DNA from: Octopus vulgaris
Lineage: Eukaryota
Direction of reading: 5' to 3'
Length of the DNA stretch: 64,000 nt
Assembly: GCA_951406725.2 (NCBI GenBank)
Contig: OX597827.1
Location: forward strand, 11,718,001 to 11,782,000
In this document: positions 62,386-64,000 of the stretch, one piece after another
How positions within the stretch are numbered: position 1 is the stretch's first letter
Layout of the letters: each line of letters starts with the position of its first letter
The notes under the pieces: generated by a model
What the model saw: the letters and a program-made list of their open reading frames with translations, nothing else
Database searches by the model: none
Told to the model about the DNA's origin: nothing
Program-made: the position numbers and the translations under genes

Positions 62386-62622
62386 AAACCGATGAGCAAG
62401 TAAAATTGTTAGAACATCAGACAACATGCTTACTATTATGTCTTCTGACTTTTTTTTACATTCTGAGTGATTTCAAATCCTGCCCACAGTCGACTTTGCC
62501 TTTCTTTCTTTGGGAGGGTTAACAAAATAAGTACCAGTCGCGTACTTGGGGTGGTCGATGTTATCAACTAAACCCTTCCTTCTAACATTGTCCAACTTTG
62601 TACCATAATTTGAAAGACTTTT

Positions 62623-63006
62623 GATGGAAGCACTCCGTCGGTTACGACGACGAGGGTTCCGGTTGATCCGATCAATGGAACAGCCTGCTCATGAAATTAA
62701 CGTGTAAGTGGCTGAGCACTCCACAGACACGTGTACCCTTAACGTAGTTCTCGGGGATATTCAGCGTGACACAGAGAGTGACAAGGCCGGCCCTTTGAAA
62801 TACAGGTACAACAGAAACAGGAAGAAAGAGTGAGAGAAAGTTGTGGTGAAAGACTACAGCAGGGATCACCACCATCTCCTGCCGGAGCCTCGTGGAGCTT
62901 TAGGTGTTTTCGCTCAATAAACACTCACAACGCCCGGTCTGGGAATCGAAACCGCGATCCTACGACCGCGAGTCCGCTGCCCTAACCACTGGGCCATTGC
63001 GCCTCC
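62623..63006 (-). mobile_element. SINE family D, full length
   Basis: Near-identical to the reverse complement of 47619-47997. Confidence 0.9.
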
Positions 63007-64000
63007 TTGAAAAAGTTATTATGAAGGTCACAAGCTGTCAGAATCATTAGCATCCCACAGAGAATGCTTAGCAACACTTCTTCCGACATGAGGGATGGAG
63101 GATGACATGGCTAGTAGTCTACAGGGGTCAGTGGAGGAGAGAAAAGGCAGGCCTAATGGACTCCTAATTTCATGCTAAATTCATCAGAGAAGTCATTGGC
63201 TACTCTCACTTTAGCTGTTGCATCCCTCTACATAGCTCGAACTGTTGACTAGGGGCCAGTCAAATTCTCGATTGTAGTACTTGATTGGTACTTTATTCTA
63301 TTGCCCCCCAAGGATGACATCTGACCTTGGCAGAATTTGAACTCAGAAACAATAAAAAGCATGAACAAATACTGCAAAGTTTTTTTCTGCTGCTTAAACT
63401 TTCTGTCCAAAAATATGTTATTATCACTAGCACCATGTTAAACCGCTAATGTCATGTGAGATAAAGGAGGAGAGATAAGAGAATGAGATCAAAGACAGAC
63501 TTAGAAATAGTTAGGAATTAATGAGCTAGACAGAGTATGTAGACACCGAAATGAGAGAAAAGGTTAGGAAGGAATATTATAAATGCATTAGATTAATACA
63601 TTAAACAGAGCTAAATGCAAAAACAAAGTAATAGTACTACTATTCTTGCTGTTCTAGTAATAAGTTAGAGTAATAATGTTCTCAACTGGACATTAAATAA
63701 ACTTGCTAGACTAGACAGTGAAAACAAGAAAACTAACAACTGCATTTAGGATTCAATACATGGTATCTGGCATAGAAAGATTATATTTACCAAAAAAATA
63801 AAGGAAGCTAGAGGGCCCACAGTGGCTAGAACATGGTAAGACTATACATATATACGACGGGCTTCTTTCAGTTTCCGCCTACCAAATCCATTCACAAGGC
63901 TTTGGTCGGCCTGAGGCAATAGTAGTAAGACTATACAGTAAGACTATAAAGATATCTAGTAAAGAATAAAGGTTGACTAATACAAATGGCTCTGTCCAAA

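Overview
AT-rich, repeat-dense eukaryotic DNA. It is very likely a coleoid cephalopod (Octopus), judged from the protocadherin type, the SINE set and the microsatellite load. The only convincing host gene is one large protocadherin exon on the minus strand (ATG at 26815 to a phase-0 CAG|GTAAAT donor at 24431), encoding a signal peptide, six cadherin repeats, a TM helix and the start of the cytoplasmic tail. The rest is four abundant SINE families, RTE and CR1 LINE remnants, a full-length dead mariner, other Tc1/mariner fragments, MITEs, a non-autonomous Helitron and microsatellites; almost all short ORFs in the track are repeat translations. Three less obvious structures stand out. (1) More than 15 type-I hammerhead-ribozyme motifs or half-motifs from at least 6 unrelated short, TA-microsatellite-associated, often palindromic Penelope-like elements; they share a self-complementary stem III, and several have long stem II arms with a U-U first pair. 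(2) An exactly 49-bp-periodic degenerate tandem repeat that supplies the protocadherin start codon and several uORFs. (3) A SINE that prefers GGTA target sites, carries that site internally, and forms head-less 184-bp multimers with the same junction at two loci. Coordinates were read by eye; repeat boundaries may be off by several bases.
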